Assembly (NCBI GenBank): GCA_031290885.1
Contig: JAISLQ010000059.1
Location: forward strand, 1,514-65,513
Direction of reading: 5' to 3'
Source of the DNA: Acidaminococcales bacterium
GTDB lineage: Bacteria; Bacillota; Negativicutes; Acidaminococcales; JAISLQ01
DNA: 64,000 bases
Positions 45,854 through 55,796 of the stretch are shown here, one piece after another. The position numbers and the translations under genes were made by a program. Every line of letters begins with the position of its first letter. The first letter of the stretch is position 1. The notes beneath the pieces are model-generated. The model saw only the letters and a list, made by a program, of their open reading frames with translations, made no database searches and had not been told where the DNA came from.

Positions 45854-46700
45854 TTAGGGATAACGCAAAAAATATTGCGATATGGCGGGCACCAAGTCGT
45901 CCGTTACCCGCAAAATGTCAGCTGTCTCCCGCTTTATGTTTGCCCGGGTCTTTTCTATGGGGTTCAAGTCAAGCGAATTTGCCGGCAAAAACAGGACGCG
46001 CGCCCCGTGTCTCCTCGCCAAGCCCTTGGGCTTCTTCTTTCGGTGGAAGGCCGCCCTGTCCAAGATTATGGCCGACTTGCGCGGCACGGATTTCACAAGG
46101 TCCTTCTTGAACCAATCTGCAAACCTCTCCCCGTTCATTGTGCCAACATAACAGCGACACGAAACCACTTTTGTGCCCTCTGTAGTTTTGTATTGCCCTG
46201 CCACCACGCTTGTCCGTTGAAACTTGCGCCCCCGGCAGGGCATCGTCGTCCTTAACGCCGCGCATGCCCATGTTCGCGGACAAGGCGCTTGTTTATGCTG
46301 CTTTCGCCCACGTACGCGCGCGCGCCTTCCGAAATTTTTGCCGGCGCCCCCGGAAAGTTTCCCCTCTCCGCCCCTATCTGTTCAGAATACGTGAACGTCT
46401 TTTTTTCGAGAAATCTTGAGTTTCCTGAGCCTGTAGCCAATGGATTGGAGCGCATAGTGGAATTTGCCGGCCAACTCGCGCAGATAGACGTCGGGCTTCT
46501 CCTCAATCGCCCTCGGCAGTTGTTCCGGTTCAATCTTGCCACGCCGTGTCTTTGCCGATCTTGCGCGAAAGCCGCCCTCTTCTTGCCACTTGCTCCGGTC
46601 GCAATGGGTCGCCGCCGTAATCCCGAAGACTTCTTGCTGATCGGCGAAGGGGTGTCCCGCTTTCTCGAATGCAATCGCTCTTTCCCTGTATTTTTTATCG
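45854..46700 (-). mobile_element. decayed IS630-family transposase pseudogene
   Basis: The HTH part (DKKYRERAIAFEKAGH...), the middle (AYVGESSINKRLVREHG) and the DDE_3 C-terminus (ILDRAAFHRK...FLPANSLDLNPIEK) lie in three different frames. The ATG is lost, and the first catalytic D (YVDESG) is replaced by G. A T7 run at 46400-46406 corresponds to the A7 tract of the copy at 63626-63632. Confidence 0.7.
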
Positions 46701-46739
46701 CATGATTTGACTTATTTCTTTATATATTGGTCTAAATGG

Positions 46740-46976
46740 CTACATCCCGCAGTCTTGGGCAATGTGAAAATATGTACGGTACTCGCGCAGATATTCCGGC
46801 GAGATACGAAGTTTGTATTCTATTGGCAACTTGCTTTTGTGGCCGCTTTTGCACAGCTTTTCCGCTTCTGGAATATATAGGATCTCCATCATTTTCGCAA
46901 AGGTTGTACGCTTTATCCCTTTTAATATAATGAGCATATCACATTTTTGGTTGCGCAGAAAGTCTACTGTCTGCAT
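46740..46976 (-). pseudogene. N-terminal fragment (HTH_Tnp_4-like) of a DDE_Tnp_4/IS5-like transposase
   Basis: ILKGIKRTTFAKMMEIL...KLPIEYKLRISPEYLREYRTYFHIAQDCG matches the N-terminal HTH region of that family. The ORF stops abruptly where the IS630 remnant begins. Confidence 0.5.
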
Positions 46977-47207
46977 AGCTCTGATGGACTACTTTTTCGA
47001 TTTTAATTTTGAACTGGTTGTTGCGTGAGTAGCTGCGCTTGCCGCGCCAAATTATTATGGTTGCGGCGTTTTTTGCCTCACCATCCTTTCGGTTTCGTGG
47101 ATTTGGAAGCGGGAGCTATATTTATAGCCGGCAAATTCGGCGGCGCGGCATGTTTCGCCCGGGCACGGGGCGTTTTTCGCGGCAAGACCGGCACAAGAAG
47201 GCCGCCA

Positions 47208-47232
47208 ATAAAAAAAGCCCTTTTGCAAGGGC
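47208..47232 (-). terminator. rho-independent terminator of the LCP gene
   Basis: The minus strand reads GCCCTTGCAAAAGGGC followed by TTTTTTTATT, about 95 nt after the stop. Confidence 0.6.
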
Positions 47233-47326
47233 AAAATGAGGGGTGTGTTAATTGAACTAAATTATAACATTATTGTTTGTTAAATTCAAGCAACATCTTT
47301 AACAAAAACGAAATATCCCCCTGTCC

Positions 47327-48814
47327 TCAAATAAAATCTTTGCCAACATATACGATCGCTTCCACCGACGATTCGCTGTTGCGGCTAAGTTTTAGCGAGT
47401 AGCGGAAAGGCAGGCCGGCCAGTTTGCTTAAGACCCAGCCGTCATAAGTGTTCGAGATGATGGAACTGCTGTTTTGTATGTTGCCGTCAGATATTTCAGT
47501 TACAGTTACGCCGTTGCCCTGGAGCAGGGACTGCATTTTTGCGGCGCCGCCGGGGTCGCCGCTGCAATTGACTACCGCCGCGCGCAATTGCCGCGGCAGC
47601 CTTTCCGCCGGCGCGCTTGTTTTAGGCTTGCCGCCGGCTGCCGGGGGAGCGGATCGGTCGCCGCCCGGCGTTGGCTTCTTGCCCTCGTTTTCGCCTAGTT
47701 TTTCTTTTTTCGCGGGCGGTTCTTTGCCGCCTGGTTTTTCTTTTTCCGGCGCTGGTTCTTTGCCATCGGCCTTTTCCGCAACCGCTTCGCCATCGGCCTG
47801 CTCTTTCGCGGCCTCGCTTTCCGGCAGGTCATCGCCGTAATATACGACATTCTCCGGCAACGAATCCTTATAGAGAGCGGCAAGCTGGCGCGCGGAATTC
47901 ATAAAGTCGCTTTCGGCGTCCATTCCAAGCATTTTCGTCACTTCCGTGCGAATAGCCATGACGTCAGGCAACAGATAACTTATGCCGTCAATGTGTACCG
48001 GCTCGCCCGGCGCGGCAAAGGCGTTAAGGCCGGTGCGGCTGCTTTTTTGCAGCGTCCGGCCGATTTGCAGCATATCGGCAAAGCCCATATTGGTACTGAC
48101 GGAACTTAAAGCGATCGCCGCCAAGTCGGGCAGCCGGATCCACATAGCCGGATCGGACATTTTCGCGTAAAAGGCGGCGATAAAATCTTGCTGTCTTCTT
48201 ACCCTGCCAACGTCCCCTTCCTCGTCACGGTAACGGACAAATTGCATGGCCTTTTTGCCGTCAAGCACCTGTTCGCCCGGTTCCAGGTCGATAACAAGCC
48301 CGAACGGCCCGTCCCAGGGATCTTCGTAATACATCCTTTCGCGCACGTTGAGCGGGACGCCGCCAACGGCGTCCACAATCCGCTCAAAGCCGGAAAAATC
48401 CACCTGCACGTAATATTTTATGCTTATTCCCAGGAACCCTTCCAGCGCCGCGACGACATTTTCCGTTCCGCCGTAGTTGTAGGCATGATTTATCTTGTCC
48501 CAGCGCCCGCCGTTTATATACACCCTCATGTCGCGCGGCACGGAAACTAAGTTGATCTTCTCCGCCTTAGGATCGTACATGGCGACAATGATCGCGTCCG
48601 CCCGGCCTGCATCGTCATTGCGCTTGTCCACGCCCAAAATGACGACGTTCGTCTGGCCGGCCGCGACAAATTTATCTTCTTTTTCCGGTTTTTTTATATC
48701 CGGCCGCACCGTGCGCGGCGAGCGGTAAAAAACCTGAAAAGCGCCGTAAGCCGCAATGGAAGCGGTAACAACAATCGTAAAAAAAATCACCGCGAATTTT
48801 TTAATCAAATACAT
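47327..48814 (-). CDS. LytR-CpsA-Psr (LCP) family protein with Lys/Glu/Pro-rich linker and C-terminal LytR_C-like domain
   Basis: An N-terminal transmembrane anchor is followed by an LCP core (VVILGVDKR...GRADAIIVAMYDP...LVSVPRDMRV). The start is ATG 48814, with TTG 48841 as an alternative. Confidence 0.85.
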   Translation of the reverse strand: MYLIKKFAVIFFTIVVTASIAAYGAFQVFYRSPRTVRPDIKKPEKEDKFVAAGQTNVVILGVDKRNDDAGRADAIIVAMYDPKAEKINLVSVPRDMRVYINGGRWDKINHAYNYGGTENVVAALEGFLGISIKYYVQVDFSGFERIVDAVGGVPLNVRERMYYEDPWDGPFGLVIDLEPGEQVLDGKKAMQFVRYRDEEGDVGRVRRQQDFIAAFYAKMSDPAMWIRLPDLAAIALSSVSTNMGFADMLQIGRTLQKSSRTGLNAFAAPGEPVHIDGISYLLPDVMAIRTEVTKMLGMDAESDFMNSARQLAALYKDSLPENVVYYGDDLPESEAAKEQADGEAVAEKADGKEPAPEKEKPGGKEPPAKKEKLGENEGKKPTPGGDRSAPPAAGGKPKTSAPAERLPRQLRAAVVNCSGDPGGAAKMQSLLQGNGVTVTEISDGNIQNSSSIISNTYDGWVLSKLAGLPFRYSLKLSRNSESSVEAIVYVGKDFI

Positions 48815-49132
48815 CACTCGCAAACACAACAAAGTAAACAAGCATTCGCCCTATCTATAACGGCAGCCGGCCCATTGCCGAGCAACCGGCAGCGGTTCGG
48901 GCATCCCCGCCGCTTTGGGCAAAACGGCGGGACAAGCAGCCTATATATATTTTAGTATAGCAACAAGCGGCTTTGATCGTCAAGTTTGCGCCGCGACATT
49001 CCCGCAAAAAAATGTGGCGGGGCTGTTGCGGGATTTGGCGTAGGCGCGCAGGCTCTGCGGCGGCAATATTTACAGCGGACAAAATCACGGCGCCTTTGCG
49101 GTTAATTTGGCTTGCCCCGAATTTTGCTTTCA

Positions 49133-49162
49133 TTGACACGGCGTTGCGTTTTGCGGTATAAT
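49133..49162 (+). promoter_or_regulatory. sigma-A promoter of rpsU-yqeY
   Basis: TTGACA (49133-49138) is followed by an 18-nt spacer and TATAAT (49157-49162). Confidence 0.55.
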
Positions 49163-49224
49163 AAACAGGCATATCAATGATTTACTCTCCTTGTTAACGT
49201 CAATCAGGGGAGGAGGGATGATAA

Positions 49225-49401
49225 ATGGCTGAAGTAAAAGTTGGGAAAAACGAAACCTTGGACAGCGCATTGCGCCGTTTCAAACGCGCTACCCAGAAAG
49301 CGGGCGTCCTCTCCGAGGTTCGCAAGCGTGAGCATTATGAAAAACCCAGCGTAAAACGCAAAAAGAAATCTGAAGCGGCGAGAAAACGCAAGATCAAGTA
49401 A
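49225..49401 (+). CDS. rpsU: 30S ribosomal protein S21
   Basis: This 58-aa ORF is not in the track because it is under 60 aa: [69 protein letters not shown] lies upstream. Confidence 0.9.
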   Translation: MAEVKVGKNETLDSALRRFKRATQKAGVLSEVRKREHYEKPSVKRKKKSEAARKRKIK

Positions 49402-49415
49402 ATGAGGTAATTTAT

Positions 49416-49871
49416 ATGTCGCTTAAGACGCGACTGGGCGAAGATATGAAAGATGCCATGCGGGAACGGGAAAGCGGCAAGTTCCGCCTCTCGGTCATCC
49501 GCATGGTCAGGGCTGCCATAAAATACGCGGAAATAGAAGCGCGGCGCGAACTTGGCGAAGAAGAGGTTGTGTCCGTTTTGGCCAAAGAAGTCAAAATGCG
49601 CCGGGACTCTTTTGCGGAATTCACCAAAGGCAACCGTCCTGACCTGGCGCAACAGGCGCAGCGGGAAATAGATATTTTGCTGGCGTATATGCCTAAACAG
49701 CTCACCGTGGACGAAGTGCGTTCGCTTGTGGCGGAAGCCGTGCGGGAAACCGGCGCGGCTTCGCCGAAAGACATGGGCAAAGTCATGGCTTTTTTGGCTC
49801 CGAGGATAAAAGGCCGGGCGGACGGCAAACAGGTCAGTGGGCTTGTGCAGGAAACGCTCGGCGGCAAATGA
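49416..49871 (+). CDS. yqeY: GatB/YqeY domain protein
   Basis: The N-terminus LKTRLGEDMKDAMRE...RLSVIRMVRAAIK is typical of YqeY. The gene follows rpsU, as in Bacillus. Confidence 0.85.
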   Translation: MSLKTRLGEDMKDAMRERESGKFRLSVIRMVRAAIKYAEIEARRELGEEEVVSVLAKEVKMRRDSFAEFTKGNRPDLAQQAQREIDILLAYMPKQLTVDEVRSLVAEAVRETGAASPKDMGKVMAFLAPRIKGRADGKQVSGLVQETLGGK

Positions 49872-50038
49872 TCGTCTTTGGCCAATAACGGGGCATGGAA
49901 GACTGGGCTTTCGTGCAAGGCTGCCGCGCCCTTAGCGCCGCAAGCGGCTATAAGGAGTGGCCGCGAGAAAAAACGCTGTTTTGTTTATTTAAGGCTGCGC
50001 GGCTGTCTGAATTTGCAGCTAAGGAAAGAGGCGGGAGT

Positions 50039-51322
50039 TTGGCAAAAACGCTGTGCGCCATTTTGGCCGCGTTGTTTTTGGTTTTCAATGGCCAGGCGGC
50101 GTGGGCGGCGACCGACAAAAACGTGGTAGTAGTCGAGCTTTCGGGCGAGATTGACAGCGGCCAGGCGGCGCTTGTCCAAAGAGGGCTTGAACTGGCGAAA
50201 GAAAAGGGCGCCGCTTTTTTTATATTGCAAATGGATACTTTTGGAGGGCTGGTAGAATCCGCGACCAATATCCGTGACAAGGTTATAGAAAGTCCCATCC
50301 CGACCGTCTGTTATGTCAAAAACCGCGCCTGGTCGGCGGGGGCCTTGATCGCGCTCGCGCACGGGCGGATAGTTATGGCGCCGGGCGGCAGCATCGGGGC
50401 GGCCGAGCCCATACCGACGACAGAAAAGACCATCGCCGCCGTTAAAGCCGAATTTGCCGCCACCGCAAAGCAAACCGGCCGCGACCCGCAAATGGCGCAA
50501 GCTATGGTGGACAAAACCCTCGGATACAAGGAATACGCGAAAAAAGGCCAGATATTGGCCCTTACCGATTATCAGGCGGTAAAAGAAGGGCTGGCCGATT
50601 TCGTCGCGCCGGATCGGGCACAGCTTTTGCGCTCCTTGGATCTTGAAAATTGCGCGGTAGAAGTTGTCAGCAAAAGCTGGCGGGAAACATTTGTCAGTAT
50701 AATTGAAACGCCCGCAGTAAAATCGGCTCTCCTTTCCATTATAATTTTTGCGATCATCGCCGAAATAAAAACCGCCGGATTGGGCATAGGCGCGGCTGTA
50801 GCCGCTTTGGGGGCGCTTCTTTTGTTCGGCGGCGGGCTGGTCGTCGGCATCTTGGGCTGGATCGAGCTTCTGCTTTTTTTGTTGGGGGTCGTGCTTTTGG
50901 TCATTGAAGCGTTCATCCCTGGGTTCGGCTTGTTCGGCATCAGCGGCATCATAGCAATTGTGGGCAGCTTTTTTCTTGTGCTTGGCGGCGACCAGAACGC
51001 CGTCGCCTGGCTGTCTGCCAGCATAGCCGCAGCGATCGTCTTGTTTTTGCTCTTGCTCCGGCGGCTGCCTTCCAGCACGCTCTGGAACAAGGTCATACTG
51101 AAAAATACTTCCAGCAAGGAAGCCGGGTTCAGCGCCGGGCCAAATTATGAAAACTACTTGGGGCAAGAAGGCGTCAGCGTTACGCAATTGCGCCCCGGCG
51201 GTACGGCGGCGATTGGCGACAAAAAGTTTGACGTGCTGACGCAAGGCGAATTTATCGATGCCGGGGAACTTATCGTAGTAACAAGGACGGAAGGCAGCAA
51301 ATTGTTCGTCAAAAAGGCCTGA
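50039..51322 (+). CDS. NfeD-like membrane-bound ClpP-class serine protease (YqeZ family)
   Basis: A signal or transmembrane segment is followed by a ClpP-like domain, transmembrane helices and a C-terminal NfeD OB domain (VTQLRPGGTAAIGDKKFDVLTQGEFI). TTG 50039 after AGAGG is chosen. The gene lies upstream of floA. Confidence 0.85.
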   Translation: MAKTLCAILAALFLVFNGQAAWAATDKNVVVVELSGEIDSGQAALVQRGLELAKEKGAAFFILQMDTFGGLVESATNIRDKVIESPIPTVCYVKNRAWSAGALIALAHGRIVMAPGGSIGAAEPIPTTEKTIAAVKAEFAATAKQTGRDPQMAQAMVDKTLGYKEYAKKGQILALTDYQAVKEGLADFVAPDRAQLLRSLDLENCAVEVVSKSWRETFVSIIETPAVKSALLSIIIFAIIAEIKTAGLGIGAAVAALGALLLFGGGLVVGILGWIELLLFLLGVVLLVIEAFIPGFGLFGISGIIAIVGSFFLVLGGDQNAVAWLSASIAAAIVLFLLLLRRLPSSTLWNKVILKNTSSKEAGFSAGPNYENYLGQEGVSVTQLRPGGTAAIGDKKFDVLTQGEFIDAGELIVVTRTEGSKLFVKKA

Positions 51323-51426
51323 CGGTTTTTTGGGGCGGAACGGGCGAGAAATTGCCGCCGGCATTGCTGCGGCGCAAACCAGGCGCGTCGTTGTCCTGTT
51401 TGTAAATTTGATTATATGGGGAGATT

Positions 51427-52428
51427 TTGTTTATGCAATTAATCTTAGGCAGCGGCGTAATCGTTATATTGGCCATAGTCGCGTTATCTTTGTTTTTACA
51501 TTTCGTCCCGCTGGGACTATGGATATCAGCCATTTCCGCCGGCGCGCACGTGGGCATAGTCAATCTTGTCGGTATGCGTTTGCGCAGGGTAAGCCCAACG
51601 CAAATCGTCCTGCCGCTTATTAAGGCGAACAAGGCCGGGCTGGATGTGAACACGGATCAATTGGAAGCGCATTATCTGGCCGGCGGCAATGTCGACAAAG
51701 TCATAGACGCCTTGATCGCGGCGCACCGGGCCCAAATAAACCTGACCTTGCAAAGGGCGTTCGCCATAGACCTGGCCGGCCGCAATGTACTTGAAGCCGT
51801 GCAGATGAGCGTCAACCCCAAAGTCATCGAAACGCCCGCCATTTCCGCCGTCGCCAAAAACGGCATAGAACTTAAAGTAAAAGCGCGGGTTACCGTTCGG
51901 GCCAATATCGACCGGTTGGTGGGCGGCGCGGGCGAAGCGACCATCATAGCCCGCGTGGGCGAAGGCATAGTGACAAGCGTCGGATCCAAGGATTCGCACA
52001 TGGAAGTGCTGGAAAATCCTGACCACATATCCCGCACCGTGCTGGAGAAAGGGCTTGACGCGAGCACCGCTTTTGAGATACTTTCCATCGACATAGCCGA
52101 CGTTGACGTCGGGCGCAATATCGGCGCCCATCTTTTGACCGAGCAGGCCGAAGCCGACAAACGGATAGCCCAGGCCAAGGCGGAGGAAAGGCGCGCCATG
52201 GCTGTAGCGAAAGAGCAGGAAATGAAGGCCTATACGCAGGAAATGCAGGCCAGGGTCGTCGAAGCGCAGGCGCAAGTGCCGCAGGCGCTGGCGGCTGCGC
52301 TTCGCGACGGCAAATTGGGCGTGATGGACTACTATAACATGAACAACATAATCGCCGATACCCAGATGCGCAACAATATCGCCGGCGCATCCTCCGAGAG
52401 CGGCGAACTGCCGCCGGCCGGTAAGTAA
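51427..52428 (+). CDS. floA: flotillin-like protein FloA (UPF0365/YqfA)
   Basis: A highly conserved FloA sequence is present ([15 protein letters not shown]...[11 protein letters not shown]...[14 protein letters not shown]). Confidence 0.9.
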   Translation: MFMQLILGSGVIVILAIVALSLFLHFVPLGLWISAISAGAHVGIVNLVGMRLRRVSPTQIVLPLIKANKAGLDVNTDQLEAHYLAGGNVDKVIDALIAAHRAQINLTLQRAFAIDLAGRNVLEAVQMSVNPKVIETPAISAVAKNGIELKVKARVTVRANIDRLVGGAGEATIIARVGEGIVTSVGSKDSHMEVLENPDHISRTVLEKGLDASTAFEILSIDIADVDVGRNIGAHLLTEQAEADKRIAQAKAEERRAMAVAKEQEMKAYTQEMQARVVEAQAQVPQALAAALRDGKLGVMDYYNMNNIIADTQMRNNIAGASSESGELPPAGK

Positions 52429-52431
52429 AAC

Positions 52432-53028
52432 ATGAAACTGCTTTTCGCGCTGATCGTGATCTTTCAAGTCGCAATGTGGTTTTACCGGCTGTTCAAACAC
52501 CCAAAAACCGATAGGGAAGACAGTCGGCGTCCGCCTGTTCCGCCGCCGGAAGATACGGCGGAAAGCGAACGGGACGTTGCCGAGGAAGAGAAAAAATTCA
52601 AAAAATGGCTGGAGGACGTTTTTGGAGCGGAGGGCGCGGGCGGGCAGGAAAACGGCGGCGCCGGAAATTCGGGCGGGCGGGAAAAATATGAAGATGATTA
52701 CAAAAGCGACGGCGAAAGCGGGGACGATTACGAAAACGAATACGAAGCGGAAGGCACAAAAGCTCAAGACGGCCTGGACGAAGGCGAAGCTGTCCGCACA
52801 TGCGGCGGCGTAGAAACCAAAACATACGTGCCGGAAACCCGGTCGGGAACTGCGGCGTCCGCTGCCGTCCCTTTCCCGTCCGCGTCTGTTCCAGTTGCCG
52901 GCAATAGCCGCGTTGCGGCTTTTACCGGCACCGACATGGCACATGGCTTGCTTATGGCGGAGATTTTCGCCCGGCCAAAAGCGTTGCGCCCCAAACGGCG
53001 GATGTTTTCCGGCCGCCATTATTTGTAG
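52432..53028 (+). CDS. hypothetical membrane-anchored acidic Gly/Glu/Asp-rich protein
   Basis: One N-terminal transmembrane helix is followed by a low-complexity acidic region. The start is 4 nt after the floA stop. Confidence 0.5.
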   Translation: MKLLFALIVIFQVAMWFYRLFKHPKTDREDSRRPPVPPPEDTAESERDVAEEEKKFKKWLEDVFGAEGAGGQENGGAGNSGGREKYEDDYKSDGESGDDYENEYEAEGTKAQDGLDEGEAVRTCGGVETKTYVPETRSGTAASAAVPFPSASVPVAGNSRVAAFTGTDMAHGLLMAEIFARPKALRPKRRMFSGRHYL

Positions 53029-53069
53029 TTGCCTGTTTTTATTTCCTGGGCAATATTTTTCGGAAAACC

Positions 53070-53837
53070 ATGAACAAAATTGAATTATGGCAAAAGGAAA
53101 TACGGCGAGCGGAAGAATTGGCGCGGCAAGATTCGCCTGTTCATTCTTTGCATCCCCTTGCCAAACTCATAACGACAATCTTTTTTCTGTTCATAGTGAT
53201 TTCTTTCCCTCCGGCGGAAGTATATAGAATGCTTCCGCTTTTTATCTATCCAATATTCCTCGCGGCAGCAGGCAATATACCTTGGAGCTTTCTTTTTTTG
53301 CGGGTGTTGCTGGCTTCGCCCTTTGTCCTTTTTCTCGTTTTGTCCAGCCTGTTTTTCGTGCCCGCCGCCGATGTCCGCATAGCAGGGGCTACTTGGCCGC
53401 TTGGCCTTGTATTCGCGCTGAACATTGTTCTGAAATTTATCTTGACAATTATCGCCGGCTCCCTTTTGCTGGCAACGACCGGCATGGCGCAACTGGCGCG
53501 CGCGCTGCATTGCCTGCCTGTGCCGCGACTGTTTGTTCAACAGCTGCTTATCCTGTACAGGTACATACATGTTTTGCTGATTGAAACTTGGCATACTACG
53601 CGCGCCTGCAGCCTGCGCAGTTGCGGCCGCGGCATAAGGGGAAAAGTTTGGGGGCCGCTGCTCGGGCAATTGCTCCTTCGCACGCTGAACCGCTGCGAAA
53701 ATATACATCAGGCCATGCTGGGGCGCGGTTTTGCCGGGTCGCTGCCTGTTGTAGGGCAAAAGGGCATCCGTGCGCAGGATGTTCTTTACGCGGTTTTTTT
53801 CTGCGGCCTATTTTTAGCCGCTCGCTTTTATCGTTGA
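53070..53837 (+). CDS. cbiQ: ECF/cobalt transporter transmembrane component (CbiQ/EcfT family)
   Basis: The polytopic membrane protein has family-typical features: a conserved Arg-rich loop and a C-terminal MLGRGF motif. It is followed by the CbiO-like ATPase gene. Confidence 0.75.
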   Translation: MNKIELWQKEIRRAEELARQDSPVHSLHPLAKLITTIFFLFIVISFPPAEVYRMLPLFIYPIFLAAAGNIPWSFLFLRVLLASPFVLFLVLSSLFFVPAADVRIAGATWPLGLVFALNIVLKFILTIIAGSLLLATTGMAQLARALHCLPVPRLFVQQLLILYRYIHVLLIETWHTTRACSLRSCGRGIRGKVWGPLLGQLLLRTLNRCENIHQAMLGRGFAGSLPVVGQKGIRAQDVLYAVFFCGLFLAARFYR

Positions 53838-53899
53838 AGCAATAATTTATTTTGCGCTTTGCGACAGGCGGAAAGCGCCGCCGCGAAAAGAGAGGATCT

Positions 53900-54625
53900 A
53901 TGTCCGAGGAATTGATAAGGTTCATAAATGTAAAATTCAGTTATCCATGCGGCAGACAAGCGCTATCCGGTATTTACTGCTCCATAAAAAAAGGCGAGGG
54001 CATAGGTTTGGTCGGCGCCAATGGCGCCGGGAAAACGTCTTTTCTGTCGCTGCTGGCCGGCCTATATTTGCCGCAGGCGGGACGTTTGTCTGTCTGTGGG
54101 CTGGAAGCGTCGCCTGAGAACCTGAAACAAATAAGGCAAAAGGTAGGATTTGTTTTTCAAAATCCGGACAACCAACTTTTTATGCTTACAGTATTTGACG
54201 ACGTCGCCTTCGGCCCTTTAAACAAAGGGCTCAGCGACAGCGCGGCCGCCCATGCCGCCAACGCCGCCCTGAAGGCGGTAGGCGCGGCAAAAATCGGCGC
54301 GCGCGCGCCCTATCAGTTGTCGGGCGGGGAGAAGCGCCTGGCGGCGCTGGCCAGCGTCCTTTCCATGCAGCCGGAAATCCTGGCGCTTGACGAACCTGAC
54401 GCCGGGCTTGATTCTTATTCGCGGCGGCGGCTGATCAATACCCTTAACAATATAACCGCAACTAAAATTATCGCCACCCATGATTTGAACTTAGTAATGG
54501 ACACATGCGGCAAAATTATCCTATTAAGCGACGGGGCAATATTGGCGCAGGGCGCGCCGCAGGATATCTTCCGCGACGCCGGGCTGCTGGCGGCGGCGCG
54601 CATAGAGCCGCCCGCCGGCCTGTAA
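53900..54625 (+). CDS. cbiO: ECF/cobalt transporter ATP-binding protein (CbiO/EcfA family)
   Basis: Walker A GANGAGKTS, signature LSGGEKRLAALA and Walker B ILALDEPDAGLD are present. ATG 53900 follows AGAGGA. Confidence 0.9.
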   Translation: MSEELIRFINVKFSYPCGRQALSGIYCSIKKGEGIGLVGANGAGKTSFLSLLAGLYLPQAGRLSVCGLEASPENLKQIRQKVGFVFQNPDNQLFMLTVFDDVAFGPLNKGLSDSAAAHAANAALKAVGAAKIGARAPYQLSGGEKRLAALASVLSMQPEILALDEPDAGLDSYSRRRLINTLNNITATKIIATHDLNLVMDTCGKIILLSDGAILAQGAPQDIFRDAGLLAAARIEPPAGL

Positions 54626-54903
54626 CGGGTCGGCTTGGGCTGTCCGCAAACAATGGATGGTGTCCGCGCGGCCAGTTGCGGCGATGCTTTCGGGCAAAGC
54701 GGGGCGTTAAATTGGCCGCAGAAAGATAGTATGCTTTTAACCCGCGAACAGTATGAGATGGCAATTTGCGCCAATGTTCCGCCATATTGAAAATTGCTGT
54801 AAAAAGATAAAAAACTATGTTATTATATATAATAACAGTAATTCTTTGCCCATCATAAGTGTGCGCAATTCCAGTAAGGTCCAAATAACGATAGCAAGCC
54901 AAA

Positions 54904-55782
54904 ATGAAACGCGTCTTGGGGATGATCGTTATAGATACGCCAGAAAAATTGCTAAAAGAACCATGCGCGGAACAAGATGCCAATGAGCGCCCCGCCACCG
55001 ATACGGCCGGGAACTCACAGGCAAATATCGAAAAAAAGCCCGCTATCATAATTTCTACGCCGGCGGAACAGGCAAGCGCAAACGCGGACAAGGTAGCGGA
55101 AAAACCTGCCCATGTGCTTTTGACGCCTAAAGACTGGTTTAAGCCCGGGCAAAAAATCAAGGCCCGGGTGGAGTCCGGCAATAAAGACCGAATATACGAA
55201 ACGCAGGTGCGCGGCGCCCTGCCCGACCGGCTGTGCGTAGATATTCCCGTTTACAACAACGCCTTTGTCGTGCCGGGGATGGGCAGCAGCATAAACGCCA
55301 GTTTTATTTTTAATAGCAATGTTTATTTTTTTGAAACGGTCGTTTTGGGAATCACCAAGCTGGAAGGCTATCCTGTGTGGGTATTGGATATGCCGTCCGA
55401 TTTCAAGCGCGTACAGCGCCGCAATTCGCTGCGCATGGACGTGCTTTTGCCGATAGGCGTCAGGGTGGAAACCAAAAACGGCATTTTCCTGCCGACGGTC
55501 AGGACAAACTGCCTCGACATAAGTTGCGGCGGGGTTAGGTATGTGCTGGATTTTCCGCTTGAGCCGGGCAAATTGGTCAAAATTGAAGCCAACGATTTCC
55601 CCGGCATCGGCAAATTTCAGGCGTTTTGCAAAGCTGTGCGCTCAGTCAAGTCGGAATACTCCGAAGATAATTATTGGATAGGCTCGCAGTTCGTCGATCT
55701 GCCGCACAATACCGAGAACAAAATCGCCCGTTACATTCATCAGATACAAAGAAGGATTGTTATAAACAGCAGTTCCGAATGA
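54904..55782 (+). CDS. PilZ domain protein (YcgR-like two-domain architecture)
   Basis: The c-di-GMP binding motifs RRNSLR and DISCGG are present in the C-terminal half. The N-terminal start is uncertain. Confidence 0.75.
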   Translation: MKRVLGMIVIDTPEKLLKEPCAEQDANERPATDTAGNSQANIEKKPAIIISTPAEQASANADKVAEKPAHVLLTPKDWFKPGQKIKARVESGNKDRIYETQVRGALPDRLCVDIPVYNNAFVVPGMGSSINASFIFNSNVYFFETVVLGITKLEGYPVWVLDMPSDFKRVQRRNSLRMDVLLPIGVRVETKNGIFLPTVRTNCLDISCGGVRYVLDFPLEPGKLVKIEANDFPGIGKFQAFCKAVRSVKSEYSEDNYWIGSQFVDLPHNTENKIARYIHQIQRRIVINSSSE

Positions 55783-55796
55783 AAAGAGGCGGGCGA

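Noticed and set aside
47640-47830. Repetitive-looking DNA in the LCP gene.
   Set aside because: It encodes an imperfect Lys/Glu/Pro/Gly-rich linker (KEKPGGKEPPAKKEK...). This is low-complexity coding sequence, not a discrete tandem repeat.
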